A stretch of 64,000 nucleotides of DNA from NCBI RefSeq assembly GCF_009914755.1, contig NC_060930.1; one strand, written 5' to 3'. The position numbers and the translations under genes were made by a program. Source of the DNA: the human T2T-CHM13v2.0 reference genome, Homo sapiens. Shown here one piece after another: positions 53,086-64,000 of the stretch (position 1 is the first letter of the stretch; each line of letters begins with the position of its first letter). Below the pieces are notes generated by a model, which searched no databases, was not told where the DNA came from, and worked only from the letters and a program-made list of their open reading frames with translations.

Positions 53086-54368
53086 CTAGACTAAAAGAAA
53101 TTAAAGAGATGAAACAATCAATTGCAAGGGTCAAAACTAGATTGGATCTTGGTTTGAATGAAAAAAAGCATAAAATATTCTTGCAATAATTGTAAAAATT
53201 TGAATGTGGACTAAGTCCTAGATTATATTAAAATATTTTTAATTTTTTAAGCTTGACAAATGCACTGATTGTTATACTTTAAATAACTAAAAATCTGAGA
53301 ATCCACAGTGCTACAGACAATAAGTGATAAAATGGGAAAAAATAGTGAAGATCTTCTTTTAGGAAAACTACCAATAAATGTAGAATGGATGATTCCAAAA
53401 AAAAAAAAAAAAAAGAAGAAAGAGAGAAAGAAAGAAACAGAAAAACCTAAAAGAAAGCGAATGAATTTGACACCTGTTGGTTGGATGACAGACCACACAG
53501 AGGGAGAGTGACCAGGCTTTGCTTGTGGAGCGGGCATCCCTGCCTAGCTATCTCCTTCATGTGCAAGGACAGTATAAGTAGTATTTTGCATGTGAGTAAA
53601 CACACCTGCGCAGCCCTGGCTGAGGTCACTAGGCTGGCCAGAGGCAGGACAGGCAGTCTTGAATTTCCTCTAGGGGAGGCCTGCAGTTTTCCCCACCAAC
53701 CCCTTTTCACATGCTCCAAAGATGTAGTAGTGTCTGCTGTTTTGGATCGAAAATCACCTTGAGTGGAGGAAGTGACTTCACTGGGTCTCTGGAGGCTCTC
53801 GGAGCTTGAGTGGCTCTGCCCCACCCTGAATCATGCACCCATAAATGCAGTTATGGGTGGATGTGGGTGTATGAGAGTGGAGATTGTTTTTGTACATTCT
53901 CTTTGTTTTCATTTTCCAAATATAATCTTTAATAAACTTGATTTAGTTTCTTGGGAAATTTATTTTCTACGCTATTCAAAGATATTTTAAATAATATTTT
54001 AAAAACATGAAATTTTTTTTTCATTTTTGATTTGATATCATTAATTTTATATCAGGATTCATGTAAGAGACTAAAAATGATCCATAGTGGTTAGTACTGT
54101 AATTTCTGTTTATTACATGAAATTACATTCCATTTATCCAAATATATGTTTATATAATATTTCCACTGTGTGACTCTAGTGATCTTTAACATACACAGAA
54201 TGATCTACAGTGATCTTTAACATACTCAGAAATATGAAAAATGTTTGAATATGATCTTTAGGGACTTCTAATGAAAAGGGTATATGAAATGGGAACAATA
54301 AATTCTGTACATGTATACAGTCCATATACACATTAAGTGTTTGTCATTTGGACAAATTGAAAACTTTT

Positions 54369-54374
54369 AATAAA
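54369..54374 (+). terminator. Likely main polyadenylation signal AATAAA
   Basis: Canonical hexamer with CFIm-type UGUA upstream and GU-rich gttggttgttgg ~30 nt downstream. Confidence 0.7.
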
Positions 54375-55229
54375 GCCATTTTCTTCTTTGTTAAAATGCC
54401 AGTTGGTTGTTGGATTTCCCTTTATGGCAATCATTCCAGAGTTGGCAGGCCAGCTTTGAATTTTTAGGTTAGATTTTGTTCTTCTATAATATCCATGTAT
54501 ATTTTATGCTGTCCAATAAAATGCACTAGGTTGATATGATTTTTACATAAGGCTTTAAAATATTTAATACTAACTCTTCTGTCAAATACACTTGAGTGAT
54601 AGTGATTTTGCACTGAGGTTATTATTCTGGTCACTGTCTGAGACATCTAAATCGATGCATAAAAACATCTCATTTAGGGAAAACAATTTAAGCTTGACCT
54701 ATCTAAAATTTCCAGTTTTACCTTACAGTCTGTTTTACAGGTTAACAGCAAGTGATTCAAGGTCCAGGGGTGGCAGGCTGAAGCTGTTAAAGAAATCTAC
54801 ATTATTGATATTGTCATAATACTTACGACTCAGAAATGGAGTCTCATTTTAACTGGGGAAGCATTTCATGGTTATGTAGCCTTTGGCTTGGAAAGTCTCA
54901 CCCAGTTGATGCAGTAGTGATTTTATCCACATTATTGGACACTTCACTTAGCTTCTCATTAGCAAGTGGGGTCTGTATGCTTCTCTTTCCGCTATGTGCT
55001 TCCATACCGTATTCCTCTGCCTTTGTATAAACACATGGTTCATTTGAGGCTCCTGCTAGCTGATAGATGGATAACTTTCTTCTAGACCTCATTGGGGTTA
55101 CCTACTAAAAGCCTATCTATTCTCCCTGCTTTAGACTTTTGCAAGTGGTTCATAGGTGTCTTCACTACCCCCACCGGGTGCTGCCTTCATCTTGGGTAGC
55201 TTTAATGCCCATAAAGCCAACTCATGTGA

Positions 55230-55541
<312 letters not shown>

Positions 55542-55891
55542 TATATCTTTAGTTCCTTGGCCTTCTCAGTGCCCATACTTTTACCTCCTGTTGTTTCAGC
55601 CACTCACATCCTAGACTGCAGCTTATAGTAATCCAATTTAGACTACCTTAAGCTGAAAGGAGAATTTTGGGGGCTTGCTTGAAAGATTCAGGGGTAGACT
55701 AGCTTCAGCTTTGTTAGATCCAGGGGTTCAGAATTGGTGTCTGAATTCTTTCTGCTTCTATCCATCTCTCATGTTGACTTGATTTTGCTTGTCTTTGCAT
55801 GTTGGCCTGACTTTTTCCTTCCGCACATGGGTTCCTCCATGCTACCAGAAGAGATGATCACAAGCAGTTGCATGATTGTTACAACTCATGT

Positions 55892-56023
55892 GGTCAGGCA
55901 CGTGGCTCACACCTGTAATCTCAGCACTTTGGAAGGCTGAGAAGGGCGGATTGCTTGAGCTCAAGAGTTCAAGACCATTCTGGGCAAAAAAACAGAACAA
56001 AACAAACAAACAAAACCAAAAAA
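55892..56023 (+). mobile_element. Alu monomer (FLAM-like) inside an old LTR-like tract
   Basis: Left arm only, with an A-rich tail. Confidence 0.8.
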
Positions 56024-56294
56024 ACCCACCATGAGTCGAGAAAAAGAGACACCCCCTGTCTCCAAGTGTCCATGCCAAAAATATTAGCCGAGAGGCTGAT
56101 CATCTCTTCCAGGTCATATACGTATCCTTGAACCAATCACTGTAGCCAGGTGGATGAACTCACTCACCAGCCTGCATTCCATGCCAACCACTGTTAGTGA
56201 GGTTGGGGTCGGGTGACGCTCTAGGATTACCTGTTCAACCAGGACCACATGTAATGACAGAGGGAAAGTTCCCCAAAGGAAGGGCAGCTGGTGA

Positions 56295-56295
<1 letters not shown>

Positions 56296-56335
<40 letters not shown>
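56296..56335. repeat. (AC)20 microsatellite
   Basis: Perfect dinucleotide run. Confidence 0.97.
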
Positions 56336-56337
<2 letters not shown>

Positions 56338-57380
56338 CTGTGACACGTGGCCTGTCAGGACTAACACCTAGAACTTATGCATCTCTGAAATCTTAACTAA
56401 AAAGCTCTACAACCTCTTACCATCCCAAACCTTTATCTCTTACTCCCAAATAGCTGTGCTTTGAGCCTTTGAGCCTTTGCGTTTCCCTGGTCCTCCTATT
56501 TTCTCCCTCCCAGTCTTGCCCATCCTCGTTCCATCTGGAGCCAGCCTAGATATTAAGGTTCATTTCTTCAATCATTCTCTTCCTAACACCTTTAACTCGT
56601 TGTTCCCTTGCCCTTCTGTCCTCGACTTTGAATTACTCCCAACTATCAATGTTTCTGCTGCTTTTCCTGCCCCACTGAATGAAGCTGGAGAAAATCACAT
56701 GAAATCACAGCTAAGTGGCATCCCAAATTCATGGTTTTTGATCTTATCTGAGCCTCCTGTCCTAACTGGTAAAGCTGCACTGTTTTCCCTGTTACATCTC
56801 ACTGTTATTTTCCAAAATGATTTTTGCAAATATTCTTTTTTCCTTTGAGGCTCTCATCCTGTGTCTTCCCTCTTCACCCTCAGCAGACAATCTCATCTCC
56901 TATTTCACCCAGTAAATAGAAGTCATTATAGGAAACACCTTCAATATCACATCCTAATACAGCCTTATATGTGTCCACACCCCCCCTTCCCTCCTTGCCT
57001 CTCCCTGTCTCAGCTATTTTCTCTACCTGGGCACTTGCATCCACAGCAACTTAGCCCCATCAATTGTTTTCCTCTCTTTCCAGTGTTGTCAACCTCACCT
57101 TCATAAATGACTTATTTCCATCAGCATTTAAAAATGTTCAAATCTCTCTCATCTCAAAGACATCCCTCTCTCTACTCCACAGCAACTTCTCCTCAGAGCC
57201 CTACCTCTGTCTTCTTCTCCCCAGTTGAGCCCCTTGGAAGTGTCCTGTATATGCTGTCTTTCTGGTCTCACCTTTTATTCATGCCATCATCCGTTCAACC
57301 TGGCTTTTTTCTTCATTCTTCCAGTGTTCTCATTTTTGTGAGCAAATCTGTGTTACTTTTAAAGTGCTTATCTTCAAAGG

Positions 57381-57608
57381 CATGGTATCAACCCAAATGC
57401 CCATCAGTGAAAAACTGGGTAAAGAAAATGTGGTACATATACACCATGGAATACTATGCAGCCATAAAAAGGAGTGAGATCATGTCCTTTGCAGGGATGT
57501 GGGTGGAGCTGGAAACCATCGTCCTCAGCAAACTAACACAGAAACAGAAAACTAAACACTGCATGTTCTCACTTATAAATGAGAGCTGAATGATGAGAAC
57601 ACAAGGGA
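57381..57608 (+). mobile_element. L1P ORF2 C-terminal/3'UTR fragment
   Basis: Translates WYQPKCPS...KKMWYIYTMEYYAAIK...HCMFSLI, the L1 ORF2p C-terminus. Confidence 0.9.
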
Positions 57609-58200
57609 CTCAGTTTGAAGGCACAAGAGGGTTTTCTCTGATATCCTAAGGCTGGGGTAGGTAACCCAACTGGGGGTTTCCATGGCATCTTGTGTGTAGC
57701 TAGACCAACGCTTATTTACAACAACTTCCCATAGTAGCATCTCCTTTTGTGGACAAAGAAACCCTGAGACTCGGAGAAATGAAGCTTACAGCCACCTAAG
57801 GTAAAATAGAAATCTACTCTGTGTTACTTCAAAGTCCACATGATTCACATCGAGCCACGCTGCCTCCTGTAGGCTTGTTCATCACATGTCTAGTGCTTGG
57901 CCCATAGTTGGTGAGCATTTGTTGAATGTCTGACTGAATCAGCTGATAGAATGGAGTTTGAATATTCAGGTGGATTGGATCCTCCTCTCTTTATGGACCA
58001 GGACTTTTAACCATTATCTGTATAGAGATTTGAATGGATTCTCAATGCATAATTTACGTAATTACAAAGTGGGCAGGTGACCAATAATGATAATAGCTTA
58101 CAGATGTATTATAACTCTTACTACAATGTTCTCACATACATTACTTTTTTTGATCTCCACAATAATTCTGATAGGGCAGGCATGGTTATTCCTAGGAAAT

Positions 58201-58280
58201 GAAGAAAGAAAGAGTGAGAGAAAGAGAGAGAGAGAGAAAGAGAAAGAGAAAGAGAAAGAGAGAGAGAGCGCGAGAGAGAA
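58201..58280. repeat. GA-rich simple repeat ((GA)n, (GAGAAA)n)
   Basis: Read directly from the sequence. Confidence 0.9.
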
Positions 58281-58759
58281 TGAATGAATTAGCCGAACTG
58301 AGAACAGGCTCCAGGTTTCCTAACTCCTGGTCCCATGAACTTTCCATTTCACAAAGCTACTTTCCCTGCAATCCCTTGGGTAATCCTGTGGTTAATTCTT
58401 GACTTAGCAGAAAGTAGGGAAGAGGTAGTATAAAAAAAAGCCACTATTCAAGTGGTAACGAACAATAAATATAAAAGGAGAGATTGCACCCGCTGTTGAT
58501 CTGGAAATTGAAAATAGGGTCAAAGCCTGGACTCATGCTCTCTGGCTCCAGACTCACTATGTTCTATCAGAAAATCACGCGTAGCTGGAGTATTGCTAAG
58601 TGGAAGAGGGGTTTTGTTGTTGCTACCATGCTGAAAGTCATTTACATACTCAGAACAACACCTTTCCAGTTTTCCTATAGGACTGTGAATGTCTTCCCAA
58701 GGCATTTAGGAAGCTATAAAGAAATGATAAAGAGGAATGCTTGTCTGTGCTCAGCAGCA

Positions 58760-59190
58760 GATGTCGTGGTGTACCCCAGTCCTGCTGTAGGACTGAAGCA
58801 CTTGTTCTCTAGCTGCCCAGAGCAAATGACTTCTGACAAGCCACATCTGGGTCCCTTCCAAGTTCTTGCCCTTGGATGAAGGGAGCTATCTCATCCTGGG
58901 TCGCAGACCCTTTCCAAGGGCAACTCTCATCCAGTGGCTAGCCAGTGAAGGGGTACACAGCCATGGCCCTTTTCCCTCCATGCAGGACCACTCTGAAGGG
59001 TCATCTCAGTTTCCAAACCCCTCCTTTCTTGTAAGATTGGGGAGGCCTCTGTTGCAACTGCATGTCAGGGCAGCCAGTCCCTCCCCATCCTGCTCTTTTA
59101 CTTTCTTGCAGGTTTAGCTCCTGAGTGTGCGATTCGACTAAACTTCTGCATCCAAATCTCCATCTCAGAGTCTTCCAGAAAACCTACAAC
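58760..59190 (+). mobile_element. LTR16-like ERVL LTR
   Basis: gcccttggatgaagggagct...aaacttctgcatccaaatctccatctcagagtc resembles LTR16. Confidence 0.6.
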
Positions 59191-59519
59191 AGATTAATTC
59201 CTTCTCTCTGCAATTGGTTATGAAGATACTCAGCCATTTTTGTGACTTCCATCATATGGTTTTATCAATCTGTCAGTCATAAGTACTTTTTGATCACTTG
59301 GTGCTAGAGGAGTCACAAAACCCAAAAACAACAAAATAAACCCCAAAATATCTGTGTTCAGTTTTCAGCTTCTTTTCAGAATTATCCAATAGAAATTTAT
59401 AACTGAGTTCCAGTATAATGTTGAGTACCAGAAAAATATTTAGTTTTTTCTTTCCTGTTAATTGCAACAGGGTACAGTACCAGAATAGGTGCTACTCCTA
59501 GTGGCTTAAGCAATAAGGG

Positions 59520-59829
<310 letters not shown>

Positions 59830-60399
59830 AAGAAGGGATTTATTATAGGGTACTAGGTGGCTTACAGAATCATGTGAGGGCTGAAGAAATGAACTTGAGG
59901 TTGAGCTTTCCACAGAAATTCCCAAAGGCCCACCACAGAACTAAACCACCAAGAGAGCTGCTGCTGCTACGCCTAGGTGGATGCAGAATTGCATTGATAC
60001 GACCCTAATCCTGAAGCCACCGCTTTCAGGGTGCCTTCCCTCCTACTGCTAATTCTAGAACCCTACTGCACCTGCTGCTATCTGGACCACAAAATGTGTG
60101 CCTTTTACCCTGCCTCTCAGGAACCACAGAATAGTGACCATATTCTGCATCCTCTGCTAATGATGCCACAGAAGTCCAAGAGCATCCATCAGAAATAGCT
60201 GTGGCAGTAGAGGTGTGACCACTGCCATCGTCCACATCTCACACTCGGGCATCTAATGGCTAAATCCAAATCACATCTGGAATCCTTTCTCAAGGGATTC
60301 CTGGAATCATAGCATTCAGCTTCCCAATGATGGAGGTACAGAAAGGCATGCTGGAAGAGTGTTTTCCAAAAGTTCTGACATATTCTACTGTAGAATCAT

Positions 60400-60615
60400 T
60401 TTCCTCACACATACATACAGTCACATACGCATCTACCTGAAATAAAAGATTCACAAGACAGTTGAGGCACCCTGATGGTTTCAATTCTAGTCTATGCTGA
60501 GCAGTGCTATGCTATTCCATGCTATTTCATTCCATTAAGAAATGCTGGTCTTGACCCACTAAGTTGGTTTCGTGATGGACTAATGGACGATAACTGGCAG
60601 TTTGGAAAAACACTT
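60400..60615 (+). mobile_element. MER103-like hAT fragment
   Basis: gacccactaagttggtttc...ggcagtttggaaaaacact terminus. Confidence 0.55.
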
Positions 60616-61862
60616 CACAACAAGAAGGGAGAAATGGATGTTGAGTGCCAATCCACAATATCTACGATACTATTTTATACTATTCCTTCCCCTGTCCTGA
60701 ATTGACAGAAAGAATTCAAGGCTGCTCACAGAAGGGACTCAGTGATATGATAAACTGCATAGTGAACTGAGGATCAAAAGTAGCTTCTAGTCCATGGACC
60801 AGCAGTTTATTTGTTTGTAAATGAGAGCGTTGTGATAGTTCTGTGTTGTAATGACCGGATTGACACCTACCTAGTAGGAAAACTGAGGGAAATGTTGACC
60901 AGTCTATACCTTGTACCTTTTACTAGAGGATGGATTAAGCCCACGAGGGAGTTTTGATGGCAAATGCACTATGGTGTGCCTTTAGAAGCAACTGTTGTAC
61001 TCCTGAAAAATATTAGTTGGCTTTAGTCCAGTTCCTGGTTTTGCATGTAGGTGTAAAACTAATGATTCATTCTGAGAGCATGGGGGTATATATTGAATGT
61101 GAGAAGCATGACTCATTCACCTGCCCCATGTTTGAAAAGCAATTGTTAATTACACTGTTAACATTTGTTAAGACTTTAATTTCTTCATGTAGAGCTTTTA
61201 GGTAAAAGCTTATATTTACCAATAACTGGGGCTTTCAATGAGAACTTTTTTCCTGATGCAGTGCTGGTTGGAAGGTAATTGGTTTCAAAAAAGAAAAGCC
61301 CATTGAGAAGGCAGAACAAAGAAACGTTTAACACATGTTTCATCTGTGCCAAATAGTACACCAAGCATTTCCATGCACAATCACTCGTGTAGTCCTTACA
61401 ATAGCTCTTAATGAAGAAATTATGATTTTCCTTTTTGTAGATGAGGGAGAAAGGCTTAAAGAGATTAAAAGGGATTCACCCAAGGTCATTAAACTAGAAA
61501 GTGAAAGCATGGAATTCACATTCAATTTTGGATGACTCACACCTCCTACTTTTCCTACTGTTCCAGGATGTCTCTGTTGCTTTCATTATTTGTTCAAGGT
61601 GAATATAAGTCAAAACAAAACCCCTCAACACAAACTTTATTAGCAAGACGGTAATTTTTATCTTTTGGAAAAAAGAGACCTTCTAATGGGTCCTTCAGCT
61701 GCCCATTTCATCTCTTCCTTAGCCATATTTTCCTCTTTTTAGGACCCTGATATCTAAAAGCAACAGAGAATTGAACAGATGATTTGTGGGCATTATTTTG
61801 GTTTCATATCTTTTATGGTTTTCTTTTGGTTGTGATTGCATTTAAGGAAACCGGAAGAATTT

Positions 61863-62230
61863 GTGTTAAGGAAAGAATATGTTTCCCCAAAGTTCATATG
61901 TTGAAGTCCTAACCTAGATGTGATGGTATTTGAAGGTGGGGCCTTTTGAAGGTAATTAGGTTTAGAGGAAGTCGTTAGGAAGAGCCCACATGATGAAATT
62001 AGTGCCCTTATAGGAAGAGGAAGAGACTGGAGAGCTTGCGCTCTCTCTACTGTAAGGAGACAGCAAGAAGGCATCTATGTCTCTGCACGCCAGGAAGAGA
62101 GAGCACCAGAACCCAACCACGCTGGCACCTTGATTTTGGACTTCTAGTCTCCAGCACTGTAAGAAGAAAATTTCTGTTGTTTAAACCACCCATTTTATAG
62201 TATTTTGTTATGGCAGCCTGAGCTAAGACA
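61863..62230 (+). mobile_element. MLT1A-type LTR
   Basis: tccccaaagttcatatgttgaagtcctaacc...tatggcagcctgagctaagaca. Confidence 0.85.
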
Positions 62231-62823
62231 GTAAGTAACCTAAAACACTTCCCTAAACACCTCTATAAACTTAACGCAAGTGCCGGTCATGTTTATGACA
62301 CTTTGATTGTGTATGGTTGTAGCAATGTGAAAAATGCCAAACTTGTAAAATATGTGAAAAAGATCTGCAAAACGTTCATGCCTCTTTAAACACTTGACTC
62401 TTAATATTTGTTTTCAAATTTTTTCTCTTTTAGCAAAAATACACAAAATTAAGTAAAATACTAGGACTAAAAGGAACCCAATTCAATGTGATTCTTCACC
62501 CATGCAATCTGGTTACCCTCAGTGCAGAGGTTGAGCTGACATTTGTACCTACTGACAGGATATAATTTGTGACTTTGGGGAACATGGTTGCACACTTTTG
62601 AGAATCACTTTTTTAATGCTAATTAGCTTATTTAAATTTTTTTTTTATGGTTTCTTATATGTAAGCCAATATATAGTCCGCATGGTTCTGCTAATAGTCC
62701 TTAGAAGCTGGCAATGATGTCCTTCGCAGAGATGGTAGAATCCTCTGTGTGATTCTTTCAGAGTGTGTGATGAGTTACAGGAAAATGGCAGTTTCCAAAA
62801 CAGTTCTGCAAACCACTTCATCG

Positions 62824-63004
62824 TAATCTTCATAATAGTCACCATTTATTTATGCACCAGGGACTGTGTTGAAAACTTTGTAAGCTTTATGTAATTTAAT
62901 CTTCCCCTAACCATAATCTTAATGATAATAGTCACCATTTATTTATGCACCAGGGTGTGTTTGAGCACACTGTAAGCTCTATGTAATTGAATCTTCCCCT
63001 AACC
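62824..63004. repeat. ~90-bp tandem duplication (MIR-tail-like)
   Basis: Two copies of ataatagtcaccatttatttatgcaccaggg...aatcttcccctaacc. Confidence 0.9.
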
Positions 63005-63729
63005 CACCACTGGCTGGTCTGACCCTGCTGTGCTCTCTCTCTCCCATGCTATTCTGCCTCTTCTTTGGAGGGGCCCATTGTCAGGCCTGAAGCTGGGTAT
63101 CTGACCAGGTTGTGCCCTGTCCTACACGGGAGTGGGAACTGCTCTGTACCTAGGCGTCTGCCACTGACTCAGAAGTCCAGGTGAGTTGGCTGAGGAGGAA
63201 AGACGCCTGCCAAACAGAGAGCTTTGTGTTTGTGGGAGTTCACTCCGACTTCCTGGTTTGGGGATCAGGCTGATTGGCTTCAATTGAATGTTAAAGCTGA
63301 ATTTTTAAAGCCATGCCTCTTTCACTACAGTGGGGACCTCTATGCCATTCTGCATAGGAGTCTGATAACATGGGTATTAAGGGCATGGAATTTCTAGGTG
63401 TACTCACTGGCCTCTAATCTGAACCCCACTTTGGCTGTTTGCTTCTACCTCTGGGCATTGGTTCTCTCATCTAGAAAATGAAGGTTAACAATGGTCCTAA
63501 TCTCCTATAGTTGGTCGGAGGGGTAAGTAAAATCATAGATATGAAAAGTTTAGTCCTGTGCCCAGCATATTATCAAATCAATATGTATAAGTTATTATTA
63601 ATATTAATATGAGGCCCTTAATAGGTCCAATCATCATGTATTCATATTTAATGGCTTTATCTCTAGACTAAATCACTGTAATCAAATACTTATCTTTTCC
63701 TCCCTCTGGGATAGACTGTTGGATGGTCT

Positions 63730-64000
63730 TCAGTGAGTCATACCTTCCAGTATTGATGTCCTTTTGCAATCCTTCCCCAACCCACACTGACTCTGGGCTT
63801 GGCCAACTGACTGGCTTTGGGCAATGGGACATTGGCAAGTGTGCTGCAGGCAGAGGTGGGTAAGCCCTTGCACACTGGGGCTTGCCCTGTGGAATGCAGA
63901 TGCCATGCAAGAAGAGAAGACTGGGCTAGTCTTGAAGAGAGATCCTAAGACCACATGCAGTAAGAGGCTGGTCATCCCAGCATCCCACTGGAGCCCACCC
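63730..64000 (+). mobile_element. MLT1F/G-like LTR (runs off the window)
   Basis: gactctgggcttggccaactgactggctttgggcaatgggacatt. Confidence 0.65.

Noticed and set aside
57107-57589. 160-aa ATG ORF downstream of the gene
   Set aside because: Chance fusion of pyrimidine-rich L2-like sequence with an L1 ORF2 C-terminal fragment. No promoter or splice support is visible.

Overview
Human (primate) genomic DNA, dense in Alu, L1, L2, LTR and DNA-transposon fossils. It holds the 3' two-thirds of CCDC170 (C6orf97; 6q25.1, upstream of ESR1) on the + strand. Six coding exons (6403-6720, 19118-19318, 26330-26503, 29558-29800, 48665-48901, 51152-51352; exons 6-11 by my recollection of the gene model) splice into one open 457-codon coiled-coil frame. 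A ~3 kb 3'UTR follows, then ~9.6 kb of CCDC170-ESR1 intergenic DNA in the breast-cancer/bone-density GWAS interval. An antisense U6 retrocopy lies ~95 nt after exon 10, and a near full-length Tigger1 with nested insertions lies in intron 6. Apart from those overlapping these exons, most ORFs in the supplied track appear repeat-derived or chance. I see no firm evidence of a new multi-gene system. The best leads are RNA-processing hypotheses: (1) a GC donor at exon 9 whose read-through would add a golgin-like hydrophobic tail anchor; (2) all-phase-0, stop-free exons bracketed by inverted Alus, allowing skipping or endless-ORF circles; (3) an in-frame upstream acceptor at exon 11; (4) a duplicated RFX X-box-like element. 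Repeat subfamily names, residue numbers and rsIDs come from memory and need database confirmation.
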